This document shows positions 39,230 to 49,965 of a stretch of 64,000 nt of DNA, piece by piece. The DNA comes from Anaerohalosphaeraceae bacterium (lineage in GTDB: Bacteria > Planctomycetota > Phycisphaerae > Sedimentisphaerales > Anaerohalosphaeraceae). Both the position numbers and the translations under genes were made by a program. Below the pieces are notes generated by a model. That model saw only the letters and a list, made by a program, of their open reading frames with translations, did not search any database and was not told the DNA's origin. The stretch covers positions 1 through 64,000 of the forward strand of contig JBNRMN010000003.1 of NCBI GenBank assembly GCA_050309605.1. The letters are read 5' to 3'. The first letter of the stretch is position 1. Every line of letters begins with the position of its first letter.

Positions 39230-41440
39230 TTAGTTTACCTCCTTTTTGAGCAAGCGTTCAACCTGCTGCTTATACTGCTCGGTTTGCTCCTGCACGAGCC
39301 GAACAAATTCATTATCCTGGACCGTACCAATAGCAGCGGTCATCTCCTCAAGATGGCGATACGTCGCCTGCCGGAAGGGATTGTCAAAATCCTTTTTTCG
39401 CGAGTCATACACCCGACGGCAAATCAGCTCCTGTATCGCAACCGATTGCCTCAGCGCATCAAGCCATTGCGTCCGGCTGAGCATCTCGGTCTCGTACAGC
39501 CCGCACAGCACGGCAAAGGCGTGTTTCTGTTTTTCCAGCGGATAGGCCGCCCACAACTGGTCATAGCGACGGTGAATCGCCTCCCACGAATCCAGCACGC
39601 CCGCACCGATATCGGCCCGCAGCTTATCCACATCGCCGGCCGGCACAAGCTGACCGCCCAGATTGACCCACTGGGCGACGCGCGGGCCGCGCAGCGCCTT
39701 CTGTACCGCCTCAAAATCCGCTTCGGGATTGGCCTGCATATATGCCAGCACGTTGCGCACGGCGTAATAATAGAGCATCTGCACGTAGGCTTCATCGCCT
39801 TTCTGCGGCTTGCAAATGACCGCCTTGCGAGATGATTTTTCCAGGTGTTCGCCGAGCACCTCAAGGCCGTTGACTGCCTCGGCCGGGCCGTTCAGCAACG
39901 CACGCCCCTGCCGGATCAACGCATCCTCGCTTAAGGCATCGACCGATTGTCCCGCTCGGCGGGCGGCGGCCTTGCCCGTCCACAACGCCAGCAGCCTGCG
40001 AGCGCTGAGAATCTCTTCAACCGTATCCGGCGCCAGCGGGTCGATCTCAATATGCTGGACTTTCTTCAGGCGTTTGTCGCGACTTTGAAATTTCCACGAA
40101 TTGCGCGCCAGTGCATACATATTCGACCGCCACCAAAACGCCGGAATCACCTCAAGCTGATCACAGGACACGTTGTTATTCAGCAGGCTGAACGGCAGCG
40201 GAATATCCAATTCCGCCGGATAATCGCCCTTGGCCAGCAGTACAAACGACGCGAACCGGCTGGAATGCTTGATGCTCGTACACAGTCCCGGCCAAAAGCC
40301 GCGCCCGGCCTGAACCTCATTGTCATTGGCCCGGCTGTTGTGATTCGATCCGATGGTCGCCCCGGCGGCCATGTTGCTCTGGCCCAGCACGACCGCCGCA
40401 ATCAAAAATGAATTGTTATGATGCTGTTCGTGCGCCGGAAAAATCAGATTGTTCAGCACCTCGCAGCAGGAAATCGTCGAGTTGTCGCCCAGAAAGGAAT
40501 TAATCAGCCGCGCGCCGTACTTGAGATTCGAATGGTCGGCCAGCACAAACCGCACCGCCTTGCAGCCGTAAAAAATATGGCAGCCGTAGCCGATAATGCC
40601 GTTGACCAGCTCGACGCCTTCGCCGATCTGCGTGGGTTCCTGAGACGAGGAATTGAGAGTCAGATTTTTGAGCTTGTTGGCGCCCTTGATATAGGCGTGC
40701 GAGCCGATCTTGACATCCTTGAGAATCCGCGAGTTTTTGATCACGCACTGATCGCCCACCGTTCCGTAATACCCCCGCCGGGCATCAAATTTATTCTGCG
40801 TATAGTGTTTGAACTTCTCCTGCATCGCCGTGTCATCGCGGTATTTGGCCCACAGATAGGCGTCCGCCGCAATCATTCCGTCAAACGGCATCACACGACG
40901 ACCTCCGGCCTCATTCATCAGATCCAGCCAGACGCGCACCGACTCCGGCTCACCGTCTTTGAGGATACCGTTTCCGAATTTGGCGTGGTTGGTCGTGTGC
41001 ATCTCGTCGATATTGGCCAGAATACACCGGTCGCCGATGATGTAGTGCGCCAGATAACTGACATTGTGAATCGCCGCGTCATTGCCGATGTCGCAGGCGA
41101 CAATCTGACTGTTCCAGATACCCGTCGGAAGCTGCAGGTCGTGATGCTCCAGCACCGCGCTGCACAATCGACCGATTCGAACCAGGCCGAAAAAACTGCT
41201 GTTCTTCACCTGGCCGGGGTCAAACTCGTCGGTCACCAGCAGTTCATCCCAGTTCTCAGCGTTATTGCCGTTTTTGACAAGCTGTTCCAGCTCATCGGCG
41301 CGCAGATGACGCCACGGCGGGAGCGGCTGAGGGTTTTGCTGATTGCGAAGGGTGTACTCATCCTGCCCGGAACGCAGATACTCCGAAGGCACAAAATCCC
41401 GACCGATGCCGCCGGCAGATTTAATCAAGACATGTTCCAT
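39230..41440 (-). CDS. DUF4954-family protein (left-handed beta-helix repeats)
   Basis: RHLRADELEQLVKNGN N-terminus, hexapeptide-like repeats, HEQHHNNSFL, GATIGSNHNSR. Confidence 0.78.
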   Translation of the reverse strand: MEHVLIKSAGGIGRDFVPSEYLRSGQDEYTLRNQQNPQPLPPWRHLRADELEQLVKNGNNAENWDELLVTDEFDPGQVKNSSFFGLVRIGRLCSAVLEHHDLQLPTGIWNSQIVACDIGNDAAIHNVSYLAHYIIGDRCILANIDEMHTTNHAKFGNGILKDGEPESVRVWLDLMNEAGGRRVMPFDGMIAADAYLWAKYRDDTAMQEKFKHYTQNKFDARRGYYGTVGDQCVIKNSRILKDVKIGSHAYIKGANKLKNLTLNSSSQEPTQIGEGVELVNGIIGYGCHIFYGCKAVRFVLADHSNLKYGARLINSFLGDNSTISCCEVLNNLIFPAHEQHHNNSFLIAAVVLGQSNMAAGATIGSNHNSRANDNEVQAGRGFWPGLCTSIKHSSRFASFVLLAKGDYPAELDIPLPFSLLNNNVSCDQLEVIPAFWWRSNMYALARNSWKFQSRDKRLKKVQHIEIDPLAPDTVEEILSARRLLALWTGKAAARRAGQSVDALSEDALIRQGRALLNGPAEAVNGLEVLGEHLEKSSRKAVICKPQKGDEAYVQMLYYYAVRNVLAYMQANPEADFEAVQKALRGPRVAQWVNLGGQLVPAGDVDKLRADIGAGVLDSWEAIHRRYDQLWAAYPLEKQKHAFAVLCGLYETEMLSRTQWLDALRQSVAIQELICRRVYDSRKKDFDNPFRQATYRHLEEMTAAIGTVQDNEFVRLVQEQTEQYKQQVERLLKKEVN

Positions 41441-41523
41441 TGGCTGCTCTCGCTATACAAATTCAAAACCTGAATTCTCGAACACTATATGATTCGGCCG
41501 CCGCTTCTATGAATCGGCAAAAA

Positions 41524-41552
41524 AGTGTAGCGAAAACACCCGAAAATCGCAA
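41524..41552 (-). promoter_or_regulatory. Candidate promoter of the DUF4954 cluster
   Basis: Minus strand TTGCGA-N17-TACACT. Confidence 0.5.
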
Positions 41553-41558
41553 GAAATA

Positions 41559-42644
41559 TCACTCGGCGGGAATAATTTGCATCGCTTGGAGCTGGATCGG
41601 ATAGGTGATCTTCCGGCAAAACGCCTGATACTCTTGATCCATCACAGCCGGATCCTTTCCGAAATAATGGGCAAACAAGGCACGGGAAATCTGTATATTC
41701 CAGCCGACGGTCAGGGCCATATCGCGATCGGCGGCGATACGAAGCAGTCTCTCATCCATCGGCCAGTCGCCGTGCGCCGCCCCATGCAGCATGGCATGAT
41801 AAGCCCGCAGGCGCATACCATATCCTTCCTCGCGCAAAAAGCGAACCAGGGCATACACCTGCGCATAAAACGACGCCGCCCCGTGAGGATCGCCGTTGTA
41901 GCCGCTGAGCATTTGCCCGGGATGGAGCACCAGCAGCTCATTGAGAGAAATCAGCCGTCCCTCAAGCGATTGCAGCTTGAGCGTGCCGAGCCGCATCATA
42001 TTGGACGTCGGCTGAAAGACAAACCGGCCCCGCTCATAGCGGCAAGTCTCAAACAATGTGGCAATGCCCTCATCCAGCCAGCTTGGCAGACGATAAGCAA
42101 AATACTGCTGGGTAAATTGATGCCAGCCCTCATGGCCGAGCACCGAGAAGGTCTGCCGACGACCGATATCATACGCCACACATACGCCGTCGGCGACATA
42201 CGCCCCGGCCTGGATTTGAAGGTAAACATCCGCATTGTCGCCGGCGGTATCGCGAGTGAAGGCTTCCCACTGGTCGCGCGTACCGAACAAGTACACGACC
42301 AGCGGCTCGGAACTGGTCAGCGGCCGGGTCAGTTGACTTTGGTACGCCCGAAATGCCGACTCAAGAAAAGACGGCACCTGGCGCAGCATCAGCGGCTCCA
42401 GGAGAGTTGAATGAATACGGTAGTGGGCGGTTTCAATCTCCACACCCTGGCCGTAAGGATTGTCCCATGCGTGAACGTGCCGCACGGTCGGCTCGGCTCG
42501 TAAATACTCCGCAAGCCCTTCAGGGGTCGTCAACTTCGACGATGACGAATCTGAGGCGGGCGAAATAAAAGAGGAAACAGAAGGCGATGCGCAGCCCATC
42601 CACCCCATCAGAAAACAGAGGATCAGAACAGTCAATAGAGGCAT
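41559..42644 (-). CDS. Gluzincin-type zinc metallopeptidase-like lipoprotein (DUF1570/peptidase MA-like)
   Basis: HEGWHQF zinc motif, PSWLDEGIA third ligand, FYAQVYALVRFL; lipobox-like WMGC. Start uncertain (42644 or 42731). Confidence 0.75.
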   Translation of the reverse strand: MPLLTVLILCFLMGWMGCASPSVSSFISPASDSSSSKLTTPEGLAEYLRAEPTVRHVHAWDNPYGQGVEIETAHYRIHSTLLEPLMLRQVPSFLESAFRAYQSQLTRPLTSSEPLVVYLFGTRDQWEAFTRDTAGDNADVYLQIQAGAYVADGVCVAYDIGRRQTFSVLGHEGWHQFTQQYFAYRLPSWLDEGIATLFETCRYERGRFVFQPTSNMMRLGTLKLQSLEGRLISLNELLVLHPGQMLSGYNGDPHGAASFYAQVYALVRFLREEGYGMRLRAYHAMLHGAAHGDWPMDERLLRIAADRDMALTVGWNIQISRALFAHYFGKDPAVMDQEYQAFCRKITYPIQLQAMQIIPAE

Positions 42645-42813
42645 TGACGCCCCACAGAGCCGTCGCCTATAGCCTGGAAATAATAGTCCATTAGTTTTCG
42701 TCACCTGCACTCCAGATGTCGATCCATTCATTCGGTTAACCCTCCGCCTCGCTGTCGCGTTCGTGGCACCACTATCGCGTTTTATGGACGCGGCATACAC
42801 ATCAAGAAGTCCT

Positions 42814-42842
42814 ATAATAGCAAACACAACCGTTTGTGTCAA
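42814..42842 (-). promoter_or_regulatory. Near-consensus sigma70 promoter with extended -10
   Basis: TTGACA-N17-TATTAT, with TG preceding the -10. Confidence 0.7.
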
Positions 42843-43218
42843 GAAACTTCTTTGTTTCGGAAAAACCCGACTTAACACATCCTGTCTTAATAAATTATTC
42901 CGGATACACAACTCCGTTTCTCATACCACGATTGTAACTTAAACTGACCGAAAACCGAATCCATTATGATATAACTATAGTCTATAAAAGATGTTACAGT
43001 GTTCTCAAAAAAGCCGTAATGAAGGCTCGCTCTAAAGGGCGAATCCTCAATTTTGATCTATACTCTTTGATTTGTGATCTCTCAAGCTGACCATCGGTCA
43101 AATTGAGAATGATAATTCGTTGATACCCACAAGAGGCAGCATAAGTTCGCATTATTTTAGTCCTATATTATCACTGTTCTGCTCCCCAAAAGCAACAACA
43201 TCCTCGTTACCGTGATTT

Positions 43219-44220
43219 TCAGGGGATCCGCTGAGCCGGCACGCCCTCAAACGTGATCTGAACCGGCTTGATGAATCCGTCCCGGTCGAATTCCATTATA
43301 TCAATGCAGGTCACGCGGTGATTATGGTGCGTCTCGGTCAGCGGACGGCGGTGATAGACAATGTACCACCGGTCTGTGCCGGGCACATGCAGCACCGAAT
43401 GATGGCCGGCGCCGGTGGCCACGTTCGGATCCTGCTTGAGGATCTTGTCAATGCGTTCGAACGGCCCCAGCGGCGAATCGGCAATCGCATAAGCCACGCT
43501 GTAATCCGGCCCGCCCCAGCCGCCTTCGGACCACATAAAATAGTATTTCCCATCCTTTTTGAACATAAATGGCCCCTCGACATAGCCTTTAGGGGTAACC
43601 TCTTTATAAAGGCTCCCGTCGTCGAACGGTACCAGATCGGTAAATTCGTCATTGAGCTTGACCACATTGCAGTGCCTCCATCCGCCGTAGTACATATAAT
43701 GCGTCCCGTCCTCGTCGCGAAAGATGTACTGGTCAATCGGCTGCGCGCCGTTGACAATGTCGTTAATCAGCGGCCGGCCCAATAGATCGTGATACGGCCC
43801 CTGCGGCCGGTCGGCCACCGCCACGCCGATACCGCCAACCTGCCCCGGGTGCACGTCATTGGCCGCAAAGAACAAGTAGTACGTGCCGTCCTTTTCAATC
43901 ACGCCCGGCGCCCACATCGCCCGCCGTGCCCACGTGACCCGCTCGCTGTCCAGGATACGCTCATGTTTGGTCCACGTCACCAGATCCTCGGACGAAAAAC
44001 AGTCAAAATGAAGCTGCTTGTCGTACTCATCCGAATACGTCGGGAAAATCCAGTACGTCTTGTCGTAAATGATCGCCTCCGGATCGGCATACCACCCCTC
44101 AAACAATGGATTGCCCGACATCGCCGGCTCGCTCGGCTCCGGTTCCACACACCCGACAAACCCCAGCCCCCCCGCTGCCGCCAACATAACCAAGCCAACT
44201 TTCTGATGGATATTCGACAT
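43219..44220 (-). CDS. Glycoside hydrolase family 43 lipoprotein
   Basis: NPLFEGWYADP, WAP, QPIDQ, VEGPF, GHHS; lipobox FVGC. Confidence 0.92.
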   Translation of the reverse strand: MSNIHQKVGLVMLAAAGGLGFVGCVEPEPSEPAMSGNPLFEGWYADPEAIIYDKTYWIFPTYSDEYDKQLHFDCFSSEDLVTWTKHERILDSERVTWARRAMWAPGVIEKDGTYYLFFAANDVHPGQVGGIGVAVADRPQGPYHDLLGRPLINDIVNGAQPIDQYIFRDEDGTHYMYYGGWRHCNVVKLNDEFTDLVPFDDGSLYKEVTPKGYVEGPFMFKKDGKYYFMWSEGGWGGPDYSVAYAIADSPLGPFERIDKILKQDPNVATGAGHHSVLHVPGTDRWYIVYHRRPLTETHHNHRVTCIDIMEFDRDGFIKPVQITFEGVPAQRIP

Positions 44221-44240
44221 GATTCTGTATCCTTTCGGTT

Positions 44241-44807
44241 TCAATCTTCAATCTCATTCCACATCGCCCCGAAAACCTCGGCGCTGAACAGGTAGGTTTC
44301 GATGTCTTTTTGTTTCCAGGCGTCCCAGTCCAGCCCGGCTTTATGGGCACAGCAATAACCGAGGAATTCTTCTTTACTCCAGCCGGTCTCGGTCGCCACC
44401 TGGGGCAGAAAGCAGCCGCTGTGCAGACCGTCGGTGATATAAATGCCGTCGATGCCCAGCCGCAGGCTCAGGGGATCGTCGGTTTTTTGCATCGGCGTCA
44501 GGGCCGAAATCTCAATATGCAGATCGGACAGTTCGGCTGTCGTAATCGGGTCGTGCACAAAACGCGGGTCGCGGCGGGCCGCGGCAACGGCCATCTGCGC
44601 GACCATCTGACACAGCGGTTTTTCGGCCTCAAACTGTCCGATGCAGCCGCGCAACTGCGCGCCGTTTTTCAGCGTCACAAAACACCCCCGCGGCTCGTTC
44701 AGCGCCGGATCGTCGCACACCTCCGCCGGCGGTGCGCTCCCCCTCACGGCCGCGGCAACCGCCCGCTTGGCAATCCGCAACAACGTCTGTTTTTGTGTCT
44801 CATTCAT
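44241..44807 (-). CDS. AMMECR1-domain protein (AmmeMemoRadiSam protein A type)
   Basis: GCFVTL..LRGCIG, DPRF, IEISAL, FLPQVA, KAGL. Confidence 0.92.
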   Translation of the reverse strand: MNETQKQTLLRIAKRAVAAAVRGSAPPAEVCDDPALNEPRGCFVTLKNGAQLRGCIGQFEAEKPLCQMVAQMAVAAARRDPRFVHDPITTAELSDLHIEISALTPMQKTDDPLSLRLGIDGIYITDGLHSGCFLPQVATETGWSKEEFLGYCCAHKAGLDWDAWKQKDIETYLFSAEVFGAMWNEIED

Positions 44808-44839
44808 AAACAACTCCATAAATCCTGAAACAAAAAGAC

Positions 44840-44925
44840 GCACCGAAGGTGCACTTTAATTTTAGCCCAGGGCAACGCCCTGGGTTAAAGACGTTCCATC
44901 GGATTCGTTCTGAAAGAGCAACATA
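44840..44925. repeat. REP-like palindromic element, same family as 39045-39086
   Basis: GCACCGAAGGTGC ... AGCCCAGGGCAACGCCCTGGGTT ... GTTCTGAAAGAGCAAC. Confidence 0.75.
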
Positions 44926-44956
44926 CCCTTCCGCTAATCTGGCTTGTACTGTGTTT

Positions 44957-45640
44957 TTAGTCGAACATATGTCCGAGTTTTCGGATAAGATACACCAGCC
45001 CGGCCAGCAGGACAATCAGAACGACAGTCGCAGTGTTGAAATATTTTTCGATGAGCTGTCGAGCGCGCAGGCCGAACAGACGAAACAGCAGCCCCTCGCC
45101 GCCGAACCGCATCGTTCGAAACACCAGACTCACGCCGATGAACTTGACCGGCGACACCTCGGCCATCCCGCCGACCCAGCTAAACAGCATATACGGCACC
45201 GGCGTCAGCGCCGAGATGGCAATCGCCCAAAAGTCGTATCGCTGATAATACTCCAGCGCCAACTGCGCCTTGTCGCCCAGCGCCAGCGGCCCGACGCTGA
45301 CGGCCTCAAAGAACGCCACCACCCGCTCCGGACCGATCGCCAGCCCCAGCAGAAACGCGATCGTCCCGCCCAGCACTGAAAACACCGAACAGATCAGCCC
45401 GTAATGAATCGCCTTGCGGGGCTTGCCCATGCCCAGCCCGACCACCAGCACATCGGCCGGGATCGGCACACAAATCGGCTCGACAATCGCCAGCACAATC
45501 AGCGCCGGCACGCCGTACTTCGTATCCGCCCAGCCGATGACCCAGTCATACAGCCGCCGATGCCATTGCCACCAGGCGTACGTTTTGGCGGGGCTGTTGT
45601 CCGTTGGATTTGCCGAAGTCGTCTGCGTAGTCAACTGCAT
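44957..45640 (-). CDS. YqaA/DedA (VTT-domain) membrane protein
   Basis: RRLYDWV, PIPADVL, SVLGG, LTPVPY, RTMRF. Confidence 0.85.
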   Translation of the reverse strand: MQLTTQTTSANPTDNSPAKTYAWWQWHRRLYDWVIGWADTKYGVPALIVLAIVEPICVPIPADVLVVGLGMGKPRKAIHYGLICSVFSVLGGTIAFLLGLAIGPERVVAFFEAVSVGPLALGDKAQLALEYYQRYDFWAIAISALTPVPYMLFSWVGGMAEVSPVKFIGVSLVFRTMRFGGEGLLFRLFGLRARQLIEKYFNTATVVLIVLLAGLVYLIRKLGHMFD

Positions 45641-45665
45641 ACCGTCCTTTTGAATTGTGTTCTCA

Positions 45666-46622
45666 TTACTGCACACCGCAGACGTTCATTTGCAATGTAT
45701 AAACGGCCGGGCCGGCGGTGATGAACAACGTCCGGCGGTCTTTGCCGCCGAAGGTCACGTTGGCCGTCCAGCGCTGGGGGACTTTGATGTGTTCAATCTG
45801 TTCGCCGTCGGGATTGAACACCAGCACGCCGTCGCCGGTCAGATACAAATTGCCGCAGCAATCCAGCGTCATTCCGTCGGACCCCGGCTCGCAGAACAGC
45901 CGCTTGCCCGTCAGTGATCCGTCCGGCTCAATGGCATAGGCCCAGGTCTTGCGATCCTGAATATCGGCCACATACAGCGTCCTGCCGTCGGGCGTGCCGA
46001 TGATGCCGTTGGGCTTGACCAGGTCATCGATGACGCGGACCAGGTTCGTCCCGTCGGCGTCGATACGATAGACACCCTCGACGGATTGTTCAGGGGCGGG
46101 GTCGCGGTCCCACCATGGCCGCCGATACAAGGGATCGGTAAAATAGATCCACCTTTTTTGCGGATGCACCCAGGCGTCGTTGGGGCCGTTCAGCAGACCG
46201 CCGTCATAGCGCTGCGCCAGGACATGGTGCTCTTTGGTGCGCACGTTAATCCGCCACAGCTCGTTGTGTTCGTCCGCGCAGGCAATCAGCATCCCGTCGG
46301 AATCGAAGACCATCCCGTTGCTGCGGCCGGCCGGCTGCATAAAGGTCTTAAGCCGTTTGTCAATGGTGTAAATCATAATCTGATCATTCGGCTGGTCGGT
46401 AAAATACACATTGCCCGCCGCGTCTGCCGTCGGCCCCTCGGTAAACCGAAATTCCGAAGACACCTCCACCAGTTCCGCACCGGGTGCAATGATCCCTTCG
46501 ACCGCGGACACCGGCCCGCAGCCGCACGTGGCCGCACACCCGCTCAGCGCCGCCATAACCAACACCACCGCCGCGGCAGCCAGGGCACTTGCCATTCGAT
46601 ATTTCCAATAATTTTGCTTCAT
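45666..46622 (-). CDS. SMP-30/gluconolactonase-family lipoprotein
   Basis: [26 protein letters not shown]; lipobox LSGC. Start overlaps the purB stop. Confidence 0.9.
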   Translation of the reverse strand: MKQNYWKYRMASALAAAAVVLVMAALSGCAATCGCGPVSAVEGIIAPGAELVEVSSEFRFTEGPTADAAGNVYFTDQPNDQIMIYTIDKRLKTFMQPAGRSNGMVFDSDGMLIACADEHNELWRINVRTKEHHVLAQRYDGGLLNGPNDAWVHPQKRWIYFTDPLYRRPWWDRDPAPEQSVEGVYRIDADGTNLVRVIDDLVKPNGIIGTPDGRTLYVADIQDRKTWAYAIEPDGSLTGKRLFCEPGSDGMTLDCCGNLYLTGDGVLVFNPDGEQIEHIKVPQRWTANVTFGGKDRRTLFITAGPAVYTLQMNVCGVQ

Positions 46623-48052
46623 ACCTTTAACTCTACCTTTCTATTCAATACGTTTCGGTATTTTCGTCGGATGGGGGTGACGATTTCGGCAATGAATTCA
46701 TCGACCTGTTCGGGGGCGCGGCCGATGTAGTCTTTGGGATTCATCACGTCGGCAAAGTTGACGTTCGCAAACGCGGCGTCGGCTTTGAGGCGGTCGATCA
46801 GATCGTTGGGTTGGCCGTGCTGTTTGACCTGTGCGGCCGCGGCGTGGGAGTGGACGCGAATCGCCTCGTGAAGCTGCTGCCGGTCGCCGCCGGCCCGCAC
46901 CCCGGCCATCAGGATATTCTCCGTCGCCATAAACGGCAGTTCCGCCTGGACCCGAGCGGCAATGACCTTCGGATACACCACCAGTCCCGATGCGACATTG
47001 ATGAGAATCTCCAGAATGCCGTCGGCGGCCAAAAATGCCTCGGCAATGCTCACCCGCCGGTTGGCCGAATCGTCCAGCGTGCGCTCCAGCCACTGCTCGG
47101 CGCAGGTCATGGCCGGGCTGGACGCCAGGCTCATCACCAGCCGGGCCAGGCCCGTCGTTCGCTCGCAGCGCATCGGATTGCGCTTGTACGCCATCGCCGA
47201 GGACCCGATCTGCGATGTTTCAAACGGCTCTTCCAGCTCTTTCAGATTGGCCAGCAGTCGGATGTCGTTGCACATCTTATGCGCCGACGCGGCCGCCGAG
47301 GCCAACACATCGACAATGTATTTATCGATCTTGCGCGGGTAGGTCTGGCCCGTGACCACGCACCTGCGCGAAAAGCCGAATGCCTTGGCCACCATCTCAT
47401 CGAGCTTGCGTACCTTGGCATGATCGCCTTCAAACAGCGCCAGAAACGACGCCTGCGTGCCGGTCGTGCCTTTGGCCCCGCGAAACGGCAGCGTCTCGAT
47501 CCGCCGCTGGAGTTCCTCCAGATCCATCGCAAAATCATACGCCCACAGTGTCGCCCGCTTGCCGACGGTGGTCAGCTGCGCCGGCTGATAGTGGGTAAAG
47601 CCCAGCGTCGGCATCGCGCGGTATTGTTTGGCAAATTTTCCCAGCCGGTCGATCAGCGCCGCCAGTTTGCCGGCCAGCAGCCGCATCCCCTCGCGCATGA
47701 TGATCAAATCCGCGTTGTCGCCCACATAGCAGCTTGTCGCACCCAGATGAATGATCGGCGCCGCCTTGGGCGCCGCGTCGCCGAACGTATGCACGTGCGC
47801 CATCACATCATGGCGAAACGTCTTTTCATACGCCGCGGCCTTTTTGTAGTCAATGTCCGTCAGATGCGCTTCCATCTCGGCAAGCTGGGCGTCGGTGATC
47901 TGCAGACCCAGTTTCTTTTCGGCCCGCGCCAATTCCAGCCACAACCGGCGCCACGTGGTAAACTTCATATCCGCCCCGAACAGCTCGGCCATCTCCTTCG
48001 AGGCGTTCCGCTCCACCAGCGGGCTGGTGTAAATATCCGTATGTTGTGTCAT
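46619..48052 (-). CDS. purB: Adenylosuccinate lyase
   Basis: [41 protein letters not shown]. Confidence 0.96.
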   Translation of the reverse strand: MTQHTDIYTSPLVERNASKEMAELFGADMKFTTWRRLWLELARAEKKLGLQITDAQLAEMEAHLTDIDYKKAAAYEKTFRHDVMAHVHTFGDAAPKAAPIIHLGATSCYVGDNADLIIMREGMRLLAGKLAALIDRLGKFAKQYRAMPTLGFTHYQPAQLTTVGKRATLWAYDFAMDLEELQRRIETLPFRGAKGTTGTQASFLALFEGDHAKVRKLDEMVAKAFGFSRRCVVTGQTYPRKIDKYIVDVLASAAASAHKMCNDIRLLANLKELEEPFETSQIGSSAMAYKRNPMRCERTTGLARLVMSLASSPAMTCAEQWLERTLDDSANRRVSIAEAFLAADGILEILINVASGLVVYPKVIAARVQAELPFMATENILMAGVRAGGDRQQLHEAIRVHSHAAAAQVKQHGQPNDLIDRLKADAAFANVNFADVMNPKDYIGRAPEQVDEFIAEIVTPIRRKYRNVLNRKVELKV

Positions 48053-48069
48053 CGCAATTCCTTTATTCA

Positions 48070-48132
48070 GACACAGTATCACACTGATTTAACAGATTAT
48101 TCATTCTGTGTTTATCTGCGTTAATCTGTGTC
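48070..48132. repeat. Inverted arrays of about 9-nt ACACAGATT-type repeats
   Basis: GACACAGTATCACACTGATTTAACAGATT ... TCTGTGTTTATCTGCGTTAATCTGTGTC. Confidence 0.6.
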
Positions 48133-49072
48133 AAAGTATGTTTTCGATTTCCCTGATCGTTTCCTCATCCAGCGTCCAGTCGCCGGCGGCCAGGGTTTCC
48201 TGAATTTGTTCGGGTCTGCGGGCGCCGACGATGGCGCTGGTGACTTCTTCTCTGCGCAGCACCCACGCAATCGCCAATTGGGCGACGGTCTTGCCGTGCC
48301 GGTCGGCAATGGCGCGCAGCGCTTCGACCGTCTTTAAGTTTCGCTCAAACTGTTCACCCTGAAAATTCGGGTCGCCGCGTCGATGATCATCCGGAGCCAG
48401 CGTGTTGAGATATTCCTTTGTGAATTTTCCGGTCAGCAGGCCCTTTTGCATCGGGCTGTAGCAGACCACGCCGATGCCGTGCTCTTTGCAATAGCCCAGC
48501 AGGTCGTTTTCAATATCCCGCCGCAGCAGACTGTACGGCGGCTGAATCGCCGCAACCGGATGCACTGAAGCCAGCCGCTCCAGATGATTGACCGTCACAT
48601 TGGACGCCCCCAGATAGCGCACCTTGCCCTGTTTGACGCAGCGGGCCATCGCTTCCCAGGCCTCTTCGATCTGCTCGTCGGGGTCGGGCCAGTGCATCTG
48701 ATACAGGTCGATGGTTTCCACCCCCAGCCGCCGCAGGCTGTCGTCGCATTCCCGCAAGATGCTCCGGGCGTCCAGACAGCCATACTTTTCGCGCCGGTCG
48801 TTCCAGAGCAGGCCGCACTTGGTGGCGATCAGCGGTTGTGGCTTCATTTCCCGCAATGCCTGCCCGACGACTTCCTCGGAGTGTCCGCAGCCGTAGATCG
48901 GAGCGGTATCGATCCAGTTAATCCCCCCCTCAATGGCCGCGATGATCGTCCGCACCGACTCGGCGTCGTCCTGCGGCCCCCAGCCGAATTCCCACGGCCC
49001 GCCGATGGCCCACGTGCCCAGCCCGATGGTCGTCAATCTCAAATCCGTTTGTCCCATTGGTCGTGTTCGCAT
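48131..49072 (-). CDS. Aldo/keto reductase
   Basis: IGLGTWAIGG, IDTAPIYG, IATKCG, DLYQMHWP, YSPMQKGLLTGK. Confidence 0.95.
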   Translation of the reverse strand: MRTRPMGQTDLRLTTIGLGTWAIGGPWEFGWGPQDDAESVRTIIAAIEGGINWIDTAPIYGCGHSEEVVGQALREMKPQPLIATKCGLLWNDRREKYGCLDARSILRECDDSLRRLGVETIDLYQMHWPDPDEQIEEAWEAMARCVKQGKVRYLGASNVTVNHLERLASVHPVAAIQPPYSLLRRDIENDLLGYCKEHGIGVVCYSPMQKGLLTGKFTKEYLNTLAPDDHRRGDPNFQGEQFERNLKTVEALRAIADRHGKTVAQLAIAWVLRREEVTSAIVGARRPEQIQETLAAGDWTLDEETIREIENIL

Positions 49073-49231
49073 CGCAGTTTCTCCCATTTATAGTGTTCAA
49101 AATCCATTATTATCCTAAAATCGCATACCATCCTGTGCAGTGTACCAGACGGCCCCCTGTTCGGCAAGATTTGCTTTCAGTGCCGACAGACCATCGCGCC
49201 CAGCGCCACGGGTCTTTTGTGCGGACAATTG

Positions 49232-49260
49232 TTGCAATCCGTCCGCCGAACGCCTAAGAT
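49232..49260 (+). promoter_or_regulatory. Promoter of deoC (likely leaderless)
   Basis: TTGCAA-N17-TAAGAT, ATG 6 nt downstream, no SD. Confidence 0.55.
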
Positions 49261-49266
49261 ACCGCC

Positions 49267-49965
49267 ATGATTCCAAAAACGAAAAAAGAACTGGCACGGT
49301 ATTTCGACCATACCCTGCTGCATCCTACCGCCGTGGAGGCCGACGTCCGTCGGCACTGCGATGAGGCGCTCCGGTATGGGTTTTACAGCGTTTGCGTCCA
49401 GCCCCGATGGGTCAGCGTGTGTGCGGACCTCCTGCACGCCACCGACGTTCAGGTTGTCTCCGTCGCGGGGTTTCCCTTTGGCGCAGACAGGCCGCAAATC
49501 AAGGCGGCCCAGGCCGAGGCGGTCATTCAGGACGGCGCCGACGAGGTGGACTTCGTCGCCGATCTGGCCTCCATCCTGACCGGCGACGCGACGTATTTGA
49601 GTCGCGAATTCGCGAGCGTGCGGCGAGCGTGCCGAAAGATGCATCCGCCGGTCGTCCTGAAGGTCATCATCGAATCGGCGGCCCTGACCGATGAGCAAAT
49701 CCGCTTTGTCTGCGGCATCGCACAGGCCGCGGGCATTGACTTCGTCAAGACCGGCACCGGCTTTCTGCCGGACGGCGGCGCACGGGTCGAGCACGTTCGT
49801 TTGATGGCACAGGCCGCGCCGAAATGCAAAATCAAAGCCGCCGGCGGCATCAAGACCGCCGAGCAGGCCCTGGCGATGATTGGCGCCGGCGCGGCGCGTA
49901 TCGGCGCCTCGGCCTCGGTACATATCGTCGATCAGTTTCAACCCCACGATGACATCGCGCACTGA
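49267..49965 (+). CDS. deoC: Deoxyribose-phosphate aldolase
   Basis: DHTLL, GFPFG, GADEVD, LKVIIE, FVKTGTGF, IKAAGGI, RIGAS. Confidence 0.93.
   Translation: MIPKTKKELARYFDHTLLHPTAVEADVRRHCDEALRYGFYSVCVQPRWVSVCADLLHATDVQVVSVAGFPFGADRPQIKAAQAEAVIQDGADEVDFVADLASILTGDATYLSREFASVRRACRKMHPPVVLKVIIESAALTDEQIRFVCGIAQAAGIDFVKTGTGFLPDGGARVEHVRLMAQAAPKCKIKAAGGIKTAEQALAMIGAGAARIGASASVHIVDQFQPHDDIAH

Noticed and set aside
42732..42911. Upstream extension of the peptidase ORF to 450 aa
   Set aside because: It runs through a near-consensus promoter and would bury the lipoprotein signal.
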